Assembly (NCBI GenBank): GCA_043228905.1
Contig: JBHGNT010000006.1
Coordinates: forward strand, 2,604,001 to 2,668,000
Origin: Azolla caroliniana
Lineage: Eukaryota; Plantae; Polypodiophyta
DNA length: 64,000 nucleotides
Reading direction: 5' to 3'
The notes beneath the pieces were generated by a model that saw only the letters and a program-made list of their open reading frames with translations, did not search any database and was not told the origin of the DNA. This document shows positions 20,095 through 32,692 of the stretch, piece by piece. The position numbers and the translations under genes were made by a program. Position 1 is the stretch's first letter; each line of letters starts with the position of its first letter.

Positions 20095-23000
20095 TCACAC
20101 AGAAAACATCTCGTAGAGGTCGACTTCGGTTCGATCGACTAGATGATTAGCTGGTGATGCCTGCCTCGTGGGGCCATATTGATCACAACAAGCTCTGGAT
20201 GCTACGGAAAATTGATCCATTCTAATATCATGCCGAGACCTATTTTGTGGCCAATCCAATATTGTATTATGATCAGCTCCAAGAGTTTCATCATCGCCAT
20301 CATCATGGTGATTAATTATAGTGTCGTTAATCCCTGTCAATCGATCATATAATGTTAAACCTACTTTTTAGTACACACTTAGCATATCTGATATACAATT
20401 TAATTTCCTATGGATGGAATCTTACAGAGGATTATCTGCATTTATATGAATGAGTGGCTAACCTGCACGATGGGTTGTTAATGGTTGCCGTGGATATAAC
20501 CCATGATTATGAGAAAAAGGAGGAAGAATATTATGATCAGCTGAAGCATTCGCCATCATCCATGCAGCATTCATACTGGCTGCATCGTACTGATATTCTT
20601 GATCAAGAGCATCTATAACCATTAATTCAGCTTTATTATCAAGCTGGATACTTGCTCCTTGATGAATGCTAATTACTCCTCCCTGATCAATACTATCAAC
20701 ATTATTATGAGCATAATGGTGGTTATTTGTATAATTAGATCCAATTATGTCTTGGATTAAGCCACAAAAGCTTCCGTGACTAATGTTATTAATCGTCGGC
20801 CATTCCTGATTTGGCAAATTATAGTTATTGCTGGGAATAATAATATCCGTCTTCATCTCAGGAACCGTGGACGCAGGATCGTAGTGATTAGTTGTTCCGG
20901 ATCCGAACATCTGATAACGGATGGATGGATCTTCTGAGCCCATTAATGATGAAGTACTAGGAAATTTGTAAGAATCCCCGTATAATTGACTGGGCCATGA
21001 ATGATGGGAAGCAGGGAAATTAGTAGGATTAGGGCTATCATTAGTGCTAGAAGTAGAAGCACGATTAGGATCAGGAGTGCCAATGGGATTGGGGGAGAGA
21101 AGAGGATTAGGATCATTATCGTCTCTATGATCATCCCATAAATGATCGTTAGGATTATAATTGATAGTGGTGTCGGAGCAAGATGAATCGGCACTCAGAA
21201 GGGGGCTGGAGTATTGGGCGGATGAGATGTGGGGGGGGTACCCATGAGGCGCCGGATTAGTGGCGCAGGCCTTGTTATGGGCAGGCGGATGGGAGCCCTT
21301 CTTCTTATGAGCCTCCGTCTGCAGTATGTAATCCCTGAGGATGGTGCTCCTCCGGCCACGGGCCGGACAATGGGCGGCGGCCATTGACCCCCACGATTTG
21401 TCCGGCGTGACCCCACATTTGTCCGCGTCCGCGCCATCGGCCTCCCCCTCGGCCTCCCCCTCAATGCTGTTCTTCTTCTTCTTCTTCTTCGTGGCCGTGG
21501 CCCCGGCGGCGGTGCGGCGCGCATCCTTGCGCCGCTTCGTCGCGTTCCACACGTTCTTGATGTTGTTCTCCGTCCGCCCCGGTATCAGCTTCGCGATGGC
21601 CGCCCACTTGCTACCCATCTTCCGGTGCAAGCTAATTAGCAGCTCCTCCTCCTCCTCCGTCCAGCAATCGCGCTAAAAAGAGGATCAGTCGATGGATTCT
21701 AGAGATTAGTCCTTCAAACATGGTCCTGATTAGAGATTGGGCACTTAACATGATCCTAATTAGATATTAGTAGTCACTTAACATTGTCCTCATTAGAGAT
21801 TAGTCACTTAATTAGAGATTCGTCTCTTAGAAGGGTTTGGAACATGGTACTCGGTCATCTAATTAGCACTAGAATCATGGAATCAACCACACAAAAGTTA
21901 AAACACATAATACCCATAATGTACTTCATACCTTGACTCTAATAATGATCTTTTAATTAGCACTTCTCCAACATGGAATTCTAACAGTTAATGCAATGCA
22001 CCTAAATAGAGCACCAACAATTGAATTGTTTGATAGTGCTACTAGGCGCACATTGGTCTACGAAATCTTATATGTATTCAACAACAATTGCCTACATTAA
22101 AAATGCCCATGTTCTTATGGGATCAGCCAAAGTCTTCCATGGCCATAATTTGCATTAAAGCAAGCACACCTGGTTTTTCTACATAGAAACTTGGCATGTG
22201 TGAAAATTTACCATGTACAAAAATAATCAATATCACCATGTATTTCCAAAGTTGTTTACCTGGCCAGCCATATTAGGAGTATCCTCCTACATCATGACAA
22301 GGTTAATTTACCCCAATGTTAAATTAATTATAATTTCCATTATTGAATGTTATACACAGCCGGAACCTTGAATACGTATCGTCATGTAGTGTCTCGATTG
22401 TAACTAGCTGGTCACCAAATGTAGCCATGTAATGTCACGATGGTAATCACCAGATGTGAGTTGTGGAGGAGTTTAATCCCCAAGGAAAATATCCTCCTAC
22501 TTGCATCCTAGGTCTCAAAGTTCAATCCCATGTGAAACCGCCACAAAATTTTGTGTATGTGCATCTTTAATGTCATTATTCATGTTTCGGTGCCTATGTG
22601 TGGAAAAATTACAAACACTACTACGACACACATACATTGAATGGGATGTTTTACGAAATATCCACAATGATCTTACAAACGGACTCAACAAAGTTGGTGA
22701 TCCGAGTTAATCTTCGTGAAAACTTGGAGAGGACTAGATGAAGAAGAATCTACACCTTTCTTGAAAAGAATTACCATGCAAATAAGTTATATATATGCAT
22801 ATTATTTAGAAAATGTTCTCTTTCACCAAAAGAACAAAGACCAAGGTTGTAATTAACTAGTGAGAAATGGGAACTCTAATTATTCATGAAATACATTCTA
22901 GTATTATTGTATCATCTTGTAAGTCCTAGATATCAAAACCTAGGAAATTATACCCAAACTATACAATATGCAAAGTATGATGGTAAATGAGGTCACATAT

Positions 23001-25545
23001 ATAGGATGATCATAGTCATCTTGTATGCCTGATGCATATGACACCACGTAGTAGTAGTAGTATAGCTTAAAACAATGTGTAACTAAACAATTATATTTAA
23101 GTTGGATCACCATACTATAATTTAGGAACCCACATTGGAGGGGCTACATAGAGACTAGTTTACATGTGTTGGAGTCATTCACAATATTTGTCATGAGTCC
23201 ATTAAGATGCCATTAATTATTAGAAATTCTATTATCAATGGTTAAAAGTTAGACACATTAGCCGGTTTTGTCCATTTCTACTAGTCTAGGTCACTCCAGC
23301 CAATTTCCAATGGGACAGTATTTAAAGAGTGCAAAAGAGTGGATTAAACTAAAATCTATTAGATCAAGGAGTAATACCATATAGGATTCAACTAATTCGT
23401 CAAGCATCCAAAGGTCCTTATCAATTCTATACTCCAACGTATAGAAGACTACTCAAGGCCGGGCATGTAACATGTTGACCATTGGGCACATGAAGATGAA
23501 CATGCAACAGATCACTAAAGACTACTCAAGGCCGGTCATGTAACGTGTTGGGGATGGAGCACACAATCTAGATGAACACTCGTGAAATATGTTTTGGGCT
23601 CCACCATTTCTCAAAGGAGCTTACTAGAAGGGCATCAACAAGATCCATATGCCATTATGTATGCATGCACCTAGGTTGAACAATGTTGATCAAGTACGAA
23701 CCATGGTGTAAAGCACAATATAAGCAAATTATAACATATCAGGACGGCAACCCAGCGTGGGCATCATTCCAACATAAGCAGTCCCAGGACAATGGTTACA
23801 CACACATACACTGGGCAATCAAGTCTAAAGTGGTACTTATAAAGAAGGCACATAACATTCAAATTTCGTAGCTAATTATATGACTAAATTGGATAAATGG
23901 TAGGTGCTAATATGGATGGCATGATGACAATACATATATTTGGAGGGTGACCCTGTTGCAAATTAGACTAAAGGCTAATGTTGTAGCTGTAAGACTTTAT
24001 ATATATATATAGGGTAAATATATTAGTAATGTATTGGATGTGCCATTTTAATGGCCATAAATACCATTAGATCATAGATATAGCAGCTTTATATGTATGT
24101 AAATTATGTAATAATGTATGTATTGTATGTACTACCTTGATGTGAGGCCTCAGGTGGTTTTGCCAACGTTCTCTGCATTGCTTCCCGATTCTGCCCTGCA
24201 GGTGCTGGGCAATCACCGACCATTTCCTCTCCCCATGCTGCTCCACTAGCTTCTTCAGATACCTTCATCATCACCGCAATCAACTTATTGCACTGGTAGA
24301 ACCATAATCATTGTCACCAATCCCCCACCCGTTAATATTCTAATTCAAAACCCTAACTATGAAAATGAATTATCGCGATGTGAGTGAAACCCTAATGATT
24401 GGTTAGGATTTCATAGAAGAGTTAAACTAGTGGCTTGAATGTGTGCGGCCTAGGCTTGGGATGATTTAAACACAAGTAAATGCTTCTTATATCGATGGTG
24501 AATCCCTATAATTACTGGCTTACCCTAATTATTGGAATCCTAATAACGAACCAATCTGATGATTGGAAAGGATCCTAATAATGAATTAATAAACTGATGA
24601 ATCATGCTAAACCCAGATAATCAATCCATAAGCTAATGAATCATTATGCACCTAATATTGAATTCATATACTATGTATGCTGTGATTAAGAACAATATAC
24701 AGAACGAGTTACACACATATAAATATAATTAATATGTACCTGTCTTCATCTGGCGTCCACTGGCCCTTGGTTATGCAACCCTTCTTATGAATAATAATAG
24801 TATTCTTATTATTGCTAGTAGTTGTTGTTGTTGTTGGTGCAGTAGTACTAGTGGTGTTGCTAATTGATGAGATTAACGATGATGACCTTGTCAATCGAAT
24901 CACATTACTAGCAATCATTTGATCATTAAATATGGAGTGATTAGAGTCCAGATTATCGTTGAGTGCAATGTTTTGATCACTATAACTACTCATTAAGCTT
25001 GAATCTATAGAGACACCATCATTAATAAGGTTAGCAGACATATTCTGATATTCATTCATTATATTACCAGGGTCATTAACTTGGTTCTTATAGTTAGTCA
25101 TGTAATCATGGGTGGATGCATGACTAGATTGAATCTGATCGTTCATGGTTATGTTATTATGGTTATCAAGGAGATCACTAAGGCAGCTCTGATGATGATT
25201 AGAGGAGGTAATTAAGGATCTTTGGGTAACATAATGATCTTCTGATGCTATAATATGCTTCTGGCTGATGGGTTGATCGTGGCTATATTGATAATTTGTT
25301 GATAAGACCAGCATTTCTTCGTCAGCTGCTTCGGCTTCTGCTTCTGCCTCAGATCCTTCTTCTAATCCCGGCATAATTAGGTCATTCATGAGAACTAATC
25401 CTTCCCTATCAATATATTCATTGCAGAAGCCAGCTGATATTGGGGACTGCTTCTCTGAGAGATAATTGCTAGCAGTATGACTGTTCTTACTGTATAGCCA
25501 TCCCTCAGATACTAATGGATTATAATTGGATTCCGCAGAACTCAT
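20095..25545 (-). CDS. R2R3-MYB transcription factor, MYB98/MYB119 (subgroup 25)-like, about 793 aa, 4 coding exons
   Basis: Exons 25545-24740, 24262-24136, 21672-20463 and 20333-20095, all GT-AG with consistent phases (2382 nt total). R2: [50 protein letters not shown]3: WTEEEE...[30 protein letters not shown]-terminal EVDLYEMFS. Confidence 0.9.
21700..21822. repeat. Degenerate ~30-bp tandem repeat in MYB intron 2
   Basis: About 4 copies of an ATTAGAGATTAGTCACTTAACATGGTCCT-like unit. Confidence 0.6.
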
Positions 25546-26328
25546 TTTGGGTTGCGATATTCACTCCCTGGATCTACGAAAATTCAAGAATAATTAAAAT
25601 ACTAAGCAGAGAAAATAAGATTGAAAAATAACATCATGCGAGATTAAATCAAGTTATTATTATACAGCCAAAAAAGAAAATTTGAAAGGAAATTGGGGGA
25701 AAACAAATTATAAGTTAATCATTTACTTTTTGCATGTCGATGAGCAGGCAGGCCTTTTTTGGGATGGGTTAAGTCAGGATTAGGATTACTGGATAATTTT
25801 AACGAGAATGTTCCATACTGCTGCTACCACAAAATCGGAACTACTGAATTGCTGACCAAAATCAGAGAAATGTTGGTCATGGACTCATCAAAAACCATGG
25901 CTACTCGATCAATCAATCGGTTGGATGGATCCATTCTCACATACATTAGCGCAGCAGGAATATGTTGTAGCAGCTTCTTCTTCATCCATCTCTCCTATAC
26001 CTGCACAGCAAATGAGAATTGGGGGGGGCAACACAGAATGGAGATTCATCGATTATATAGAGAAACAGACACAAACAGAAAATGAAGAGAAAAAAAGGAG
26101 TAAATTTGCAGCAATAATTAAGTAACTAATTCCAAAACATTTACAAAAAAACAAACAAAAATTGGAAGTAAAAAATTAATATGGAAATATGAATTTTGGG
26201 TCTCGGGGTGGATTTTTGGTTTTATTTAATTGAAAAAGAAAATCCGTCTGCGAGCCAATCAATGCTCAGAAAAAGGAAGATATGGGCGGTGGGCCCCGCC
26301 CCCCCCCCCTCTCTCTCCGTCCAGATTT

Positions 26329-26454
26329 GATCTGGGCCGTCCGTTGGAGCCCCATCGGGCGGGGCAGGACCGTCCGATGAGCTGGTGTCGGAAAAGGATT
26401 TCCATCCGGCGATCCTGCTCGCATCTCCGCCGTCCGATTCCAACGGCCCAGATC
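26329..26454. promoter_or_regulatory. GC-rich upstream region of the MYB gene with inverted MSA-like motifs
   Basis: GATCTGGGCCGT-CCGTTGGA (26329-26348) and TCCAACGGCCCAGATC (26439-26454); the latter matches YCYAACGGYY. Confidence 0.4.
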
Positions 26455-29400
26455 TCTCGGAGATGCACCCCTTCGACTTCCTTCCCACTCCCCTGTTTCT
26501 TAATTCGAATCCCTCCTTTTTTTTCTCTTGTTCTTTTTTTTTTCCCCCTTTTCCTATTTATTTTTGTATTTCCTTTTTTATTCACTTTTGAATCTCGTTT
26601 TTAATGGTATTCAGACAAAACCAATTAAAATAAATAATATAAATAAATAAATAAAGACACTTTATCCTTTTTGTTTCTTTTTTCTGCAATTTATTTTCTT
26701 TTTCTTTAATCTTTTTTAATCTAATTTCATTTATCATGAAATCGAAAAAACTTTAACAAACCACTCGAGTAAAAAAAAAAATAGAAATGAAAAATAGTTA
26801 TCGTTTTATGAAAATACAAACCAAATTTTAGTACATTTTGTATTGTCTTCTTCTTTCTAGCACCCTACACCTAAAAGGAGTTGTGGCTTCTTAAATCTCA
26901 CACAATCATGGGGGCTTGACTTGACACACATATCAACCACAGAGTTTGTGTCGACACCTTCAACAATATCATCGACCTTGTATCGATTCCTACATATGTG
27001 CAATTTCCCGAGCATCTCGTCACACCTACGCCTCTAACTAAACATTCTATGTGTTGAGCCCAACAAAGGACTTACTCACATTATACATATTATGCCATTT
27101 TCCCATATGCAGTTATCGTTTGTGAAATGTTTATGGTACCTCTAGTTTCCATGAGCCTTAACATCCACTTCTTTTATGGTGCATGTCCATGTATTTGGTG
27201 AACCTAGTTTACTCTATGTACACTTATAATGCATGTTAAAATGGATATTCTAATGGCTAGAGAATGATGAATAAAATAAGCATTAACTACACAATTGATG
27301 TTGTTGTCATCATAAAAACTTTACGACCATTATTATTTGTTGGCATATGAGCTCAACCAATCACCTTCGACATATACAGATGGATGGTTTGGGCAACAAG
27401 TTCAGTGCACAAGACAATTTCCACTGCTGACCAAGGAGGGATGGTCGATGAGTTCATTAGAATGCATAAGAACCCTCACATCTGATACCCAACTAGAGAG
27501 ATATACAACATGCATAATTTTGCTACATGTAGAAATGGGCAAGTTATGCATTTTAATACATGTTGATAATAGGTTGATTGTATACTTATATGGTATGTGA
27601 AATTGGGTAGCATAATATAGACTATCATTGATGCTACATTAGTAATTTGTTCAATTAGAGAACTTGAATATAATAAACTATGAAGTAATGTACCTTTTCA
27701 TTCATCTCATGACAACTCTTCACAAAAAATATTGTGCAAGTTTGTTATTTTGCAAGTTGGGAACAATGTGAATATTTTAATAAAAAGAATCTAAATGGTT
27801 AAGAACTATAACCAATAGGCTCAAGAGTGTAGGTATAATGCTCTTGGGCTAGTCACATACGATGACGTAAATGACACTTTTACACTTGTTTTTACAACTA
27901 TCTATTTTAGAATCAACATTGTGTTGATAGTCGAGGTCCAAGGAATGTCAAACTTAGCTTGCAAATTATATGAACTTCATTAATGTGGCCTCTTTGTCCA
28001 TTATAGTTTACAAGGATCATTAAGATTGTTTTGCTTAAACGACATAGCATAAAGTTATAATGCATCTTGTCACTTGACTCAGTTTACAATGAAGGTGCAA
28101 GAATGTTCAATTCAAAGTGTACATTTGAGTTGAAACTAAATTATGTGGCCCCAAAGAGGCATATTGGGTTGGTCTGCCTATCATATCTTGAAATGTGTGA
28201 TACATAAGAGTGTGAATATGTCACACATGTGGAAATAATGTGTGCGCTAGATATACATGCAAAAGATAGTAGGAGAGATCGTTTTGATTCCTTGTCCAAG
28301 ATAATTTTGTAGAACAGAAATTTACAATGGATATTGTTGTGGATGAAATCATCAATATTGTTACGAAATCTTGCCATATTTCAGCTTCTTTTCAATGCAT
28401 CTAAAAATAAAAAAATGTGCAAACACTCTTGAGGAAAGTGTGTTGGTGCCATTATCCATTAAATCTAAGTGGTTCAATTAAAAGTATCCACCTTAGAAGG
28501 ATGAGATTCAATTAAACAAGAAATGCTCCAATTGGATGTATATATTATTATAGAAGCATACCCACGATACTATAATGGAGAACTTCATGGTTGACGAGAT
28601 CCTCGCATTAACGATGAGACATTTCTAGGTCTGAATTCAAAAGTATACGCAAGGTTTTCCAAAAAAAAATTGATTCAATCTCAACTTCTGGAGGTAAAAC
28701 ATAAGAATGTGGTTTACAAGTCGGAGATTGTGTGTGTGTGTGTGTGTGTGTGTGCACGCGCATGCAAGTTGTGACATATAACAACGCCATAAAGGATATC
28801 TTTCTTCATTGAGTAATTATTCGAAGATTATAAATTTATAGCCACTCATAGAAAGAGAGAGTTGAGACTAATATATTCAAGATGTCTTACAAAACATTTC
28901 TTCCTCTCTATTTCATTCACAACTCAACTTACTTTGCGAGGTAAGAGACAGTTTATTCGTAACAAGACCGGAGATATGTATATATATGTATTGACAAAAT
29001 TGTACTTGTCTCATGTTTTAATGTGTGTGAGTCGTTACTGTTAGATGTCTATAAATTTGGAATTTGGAATAGTTGACTATATTAAGAGCATTAACAGTTG
29101 ATTAACATTCTCTTATTCTTTTTTGGTTTATCTAAATTCAATGGCTTGAGAGACTAAACATGAAAAAACATATGGTAACTTTCTTTTATAGTGTTATTAC
29201 ATAATCTTATTACTATGTGTCAAACTCTCTCGACGCAACTGTATGTATTTGCAAGGTTACCTTGACAAAACCCAATTCTACTAGCTTTCTCTAGGAAAGC
29301 GATTTGTTTTAGCTTGCCTCTCCATTTTGCAAGGCCTCTAAAACTTTGCCTTCTTTAAATGTTCTATATACAACAGAAGTCTTAAATTTAATTGCAAACA

Positions 29401-30774
29401 TTATAGAAATGCCTTAAATTTAATATTTAAAAGAACTTTTCAAAGTGAAGCTTAAGCTCAATTTGCAAATAACTTCCAAAACATACCAACTTTATGCCTT
29501 CGAGTTAGTAAGTAACCATATATGAACGCATACTAATATATTCATAAACATTTTATTTTATTTATCTTTTATTCGTCAAAATAATCAACCTATTTGAGTG
29601 GCAAGTCTAAATAATCTAGTTGTTTTTGTAAGTTGCATCATTGAAGTACATTGGCCACAAATGAGGAATTAACTTTCTGTAGCAAGGTAAATGTGCACGA
29701 ACATGGCTCAATATGCTACTACCGCAAATACACCTTCTAAGTCAATGCAATCAGATATACACACGCACAAACAAACAAACAAACCATCGAGTGCAAGACA
29801 AAGTGTTATTCACACTTGTTTTTTTGCATACTAGTTGTTATTAAGCTAGTTTCAAAATTACTCCAACTAGCTTGTAGGGAGAAGGAGGAAATAGCTGTCT
29901 CATGCAAAGTATGTGCCAGAAATCAAGGCTTGGCAAGTGGCAAATTAAACAAACCCTACTCTAGAGTCTAACTCGTGGGCCTTTTAAGTTAGCACACACA
30001 AGAACATAAGAAAATCGAAATGCTTGAATTGGAGATAAAAGGATTGAATTTAAGACTCATAAGCATCCTTCAAATTATTCTTATTCTTATACATAATGTA
30101 TACACATAAATTAATGCTTTTGTCTTGAAGTGACGACTCTCTCTCTTGCTCTCCCTCTACCCCCCAACACAAACACACATGTGAGAAGAGTTTAGTATAT
30201 AGACCAGAAACATGAGGCACATTTAAGAGGTAAAAAGGGCACTAACCCCACACTATACCAGTTAAAAATATAATTTATACCCCCCCACTCCCGCACTACT
30301 CATCCTATGGACTCATACTAACCATCTCTTTTTTCGTTTTATTACTTTCATACACTAGAAGAATCGGTGAGCAACTTGTTAGAATGACCGATGAATTAAT
30401 GATGATGAGTATGAGTACCACTAGTAATGACTGTACTATATAGATATTAAGCCATTATCATGAATTACTATGGTTAGTGTATGTATACATATGATTGAAG
30501 ATAAAAGTATGTCCATATGCATGCCTTATATTATCATATGTCCTCCAACATTTAATGTTGGCCAGTATATACACACTAATGATTTGGAATCTATTCTCTT
30601 CCACCATGTCTCTATGTACGAGTATCTTTGTAATAGGGCCAATGATGAATTATATGAAGCCAGAAAAACAAGTCTTCAAAACTTAAACTAAATGTTTTTT
30701 TGGAAACTTATACTCCAATAAAAACTAAACATATGCATATATATTAGTTATACCTCTCAATGTTTTAAGTGGCT

Positions 30775-32190
30775 TTATTCAATTTTATTTTATTTTCCAA
30801 AAAAATACTGCTTCGCATTAGTTAGCAAACAAAATTACATCATAGAACTCTCAAAATTCCTCTCAACAGCCCTCACTCTGGCCTTCTCACCAAAGCGGAC
30901 ATAGTCCCCACCTCATTTTCAACAAACGTATCCAAACAACTCCAATAACCTAGTTATTTGTACCATAACTATACAAATTTACAACACCTAGACGTTGTTG
31001 GAAACTATTGGGGGAAACAACCATCGGGGTGCTTGGTAGTGCCATTGAGGCCCTGATGATGATCTGCCGACCATAGGAGAATTACCCCATTTCAGCAAGA
31101 ACTTTGATCGAGATCTTTCAGCTGCATCAGATTCCCCCTTAATCGAGTCGTATCGTCCCCGCAGCCAAGAGACCAACTCAAACCAGATATTTATTAATAC
31201 CTCACCACTAGGGATCTTTTGTTTTTGAAAAACAAACTTACAGCGGTTGGTCCAAATGTGCCAGACCGATAAACAAGCCACCATCCTCCATATCTCTTCA
31301 AAAAGTTCTGAGTTAGTGCCAAGTCGAACTCCAGCCCGTTGAAACACCTTGCCACCTTGCACTATAAATCCATGTCTGTGAGGGTTTAACTGTTCAGCCC
31401 AACCTTCCCCTGTTAATTTCAGCCCCTATACGGACCTCCATACAACTCACCCATTCACGCCGCATGCTACCACTATCCGAAGACTTCTACCCCAAATGTT
31501 AATAGCCTCGTTACAATTCCAAAAACAATGAGGAATTGATTCCAAAGGGTGACCACAAATTTTGCATCCAGCCTCACCACCACGACACCTAAGCCACTCC
31601 CCCACTGGTACAACTTTGTGACTAAGAAGCCACAACCAAAGCTTTATTTTTTCTGGCATATCGAACGCCCATAGCCTCCTCCAAAACGACTTCAACCAGC
31701 CATCAAAAATGCCTTTATCCTTCCAGCTATTGCGAGTTAGGGCAACACCCATCGATTTAGATCCAATGATTTGCCTTCCTAGCTTGGTAGTGTACTCGAA
31801 AAACCGTTCAAGTTTGTCCGTTCCCGGTTTCTGCCACCACACCTCTAGTGGATCCCAATCCAGATCACATATGGGCTTGTTGTCAACTATCCAAAGCTTA
31901 CAATCAGATTGCAGCTTCCCTGGGTCCTGGTTTACTTGCCACTTCTTACCTTCTAGCATTGCCACTCGTACTGCCAACCACGGGCCATTGTCTGCCAAAG
32001 CACTTAGGTTGCCCCACCACCGATACTCATTAGATGGGCACCTGCCTCGGATAACTTGTGCATCGTCCTCACCCACAAACCACCCAAACCAGACCCCCTC
32101 TTCTTCATTCATCCTAGCTAGACCATCAACAGCCTTATCTATCAAATGGGTAATCTTTTCCTCAATATTAATTATAGCCCTCAATAAAAC
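30775..32190 (-). mobile_element. 5'-truncated LINE (L1-like) ORF2 C-terminus with zf-RVT domain
   Basis: ORFs 31447-32184 and 30988-31362 are in the same frame, separated by two in-frame stops. Motif FWRRLWAFDMPEKIKLWLWLL...CKICGHPLESIPHCFWNC...IW. A-rich (AATAA) tail near 30775-30797. Confidence 0.8.
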
Positions 32191-32692
32191 TAGTTATATT
32201 CCTCTCTCAACAATGATATGTTGATGTTTATTTTTTCTTCAAATATTCCCTTCATTAGTATTAAGAAAAAGTGCCGGAAGGCTATAAAATGTACAATTAG
32301 GAAACGTTACGTACAAAAAAGATTATCAAGGCAAGGACTAGGGATGATGGTATTTCCAAATCAGTCCTTGATACGTTCATGTTCACCCATACTCCCTTGG
32401 GGAAAATATGACTCTCTAGTTGAAATTAGTAAAAATCCTACAAATGAGTTCAAAAAGGTTAAAAAGTTATCCATTGTCTATATATACAAGAGAGGGGTGT
32501 GAGAGAGATTTGGACAATATATTGTAGAATCAATGATAATTAGTTTTTTTATTTTTTTTACAAAAAAAAACTCCTTCCATTAGTTAATCAATGATAATTA
32601 GTGCATCTATCCATCTATATCTACATTCATTTTTCATTGAACTAAAGTATATATCCATAATGACCAAAACACACAAAGATATGGTAATATAC

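Noticed and set aside
26900-30700. Possible gene or transposase remnants in the long AT-rich interval
   Set aside because: No recognisable motif, terminal repeat or consistent exon chain could be supported by eye.
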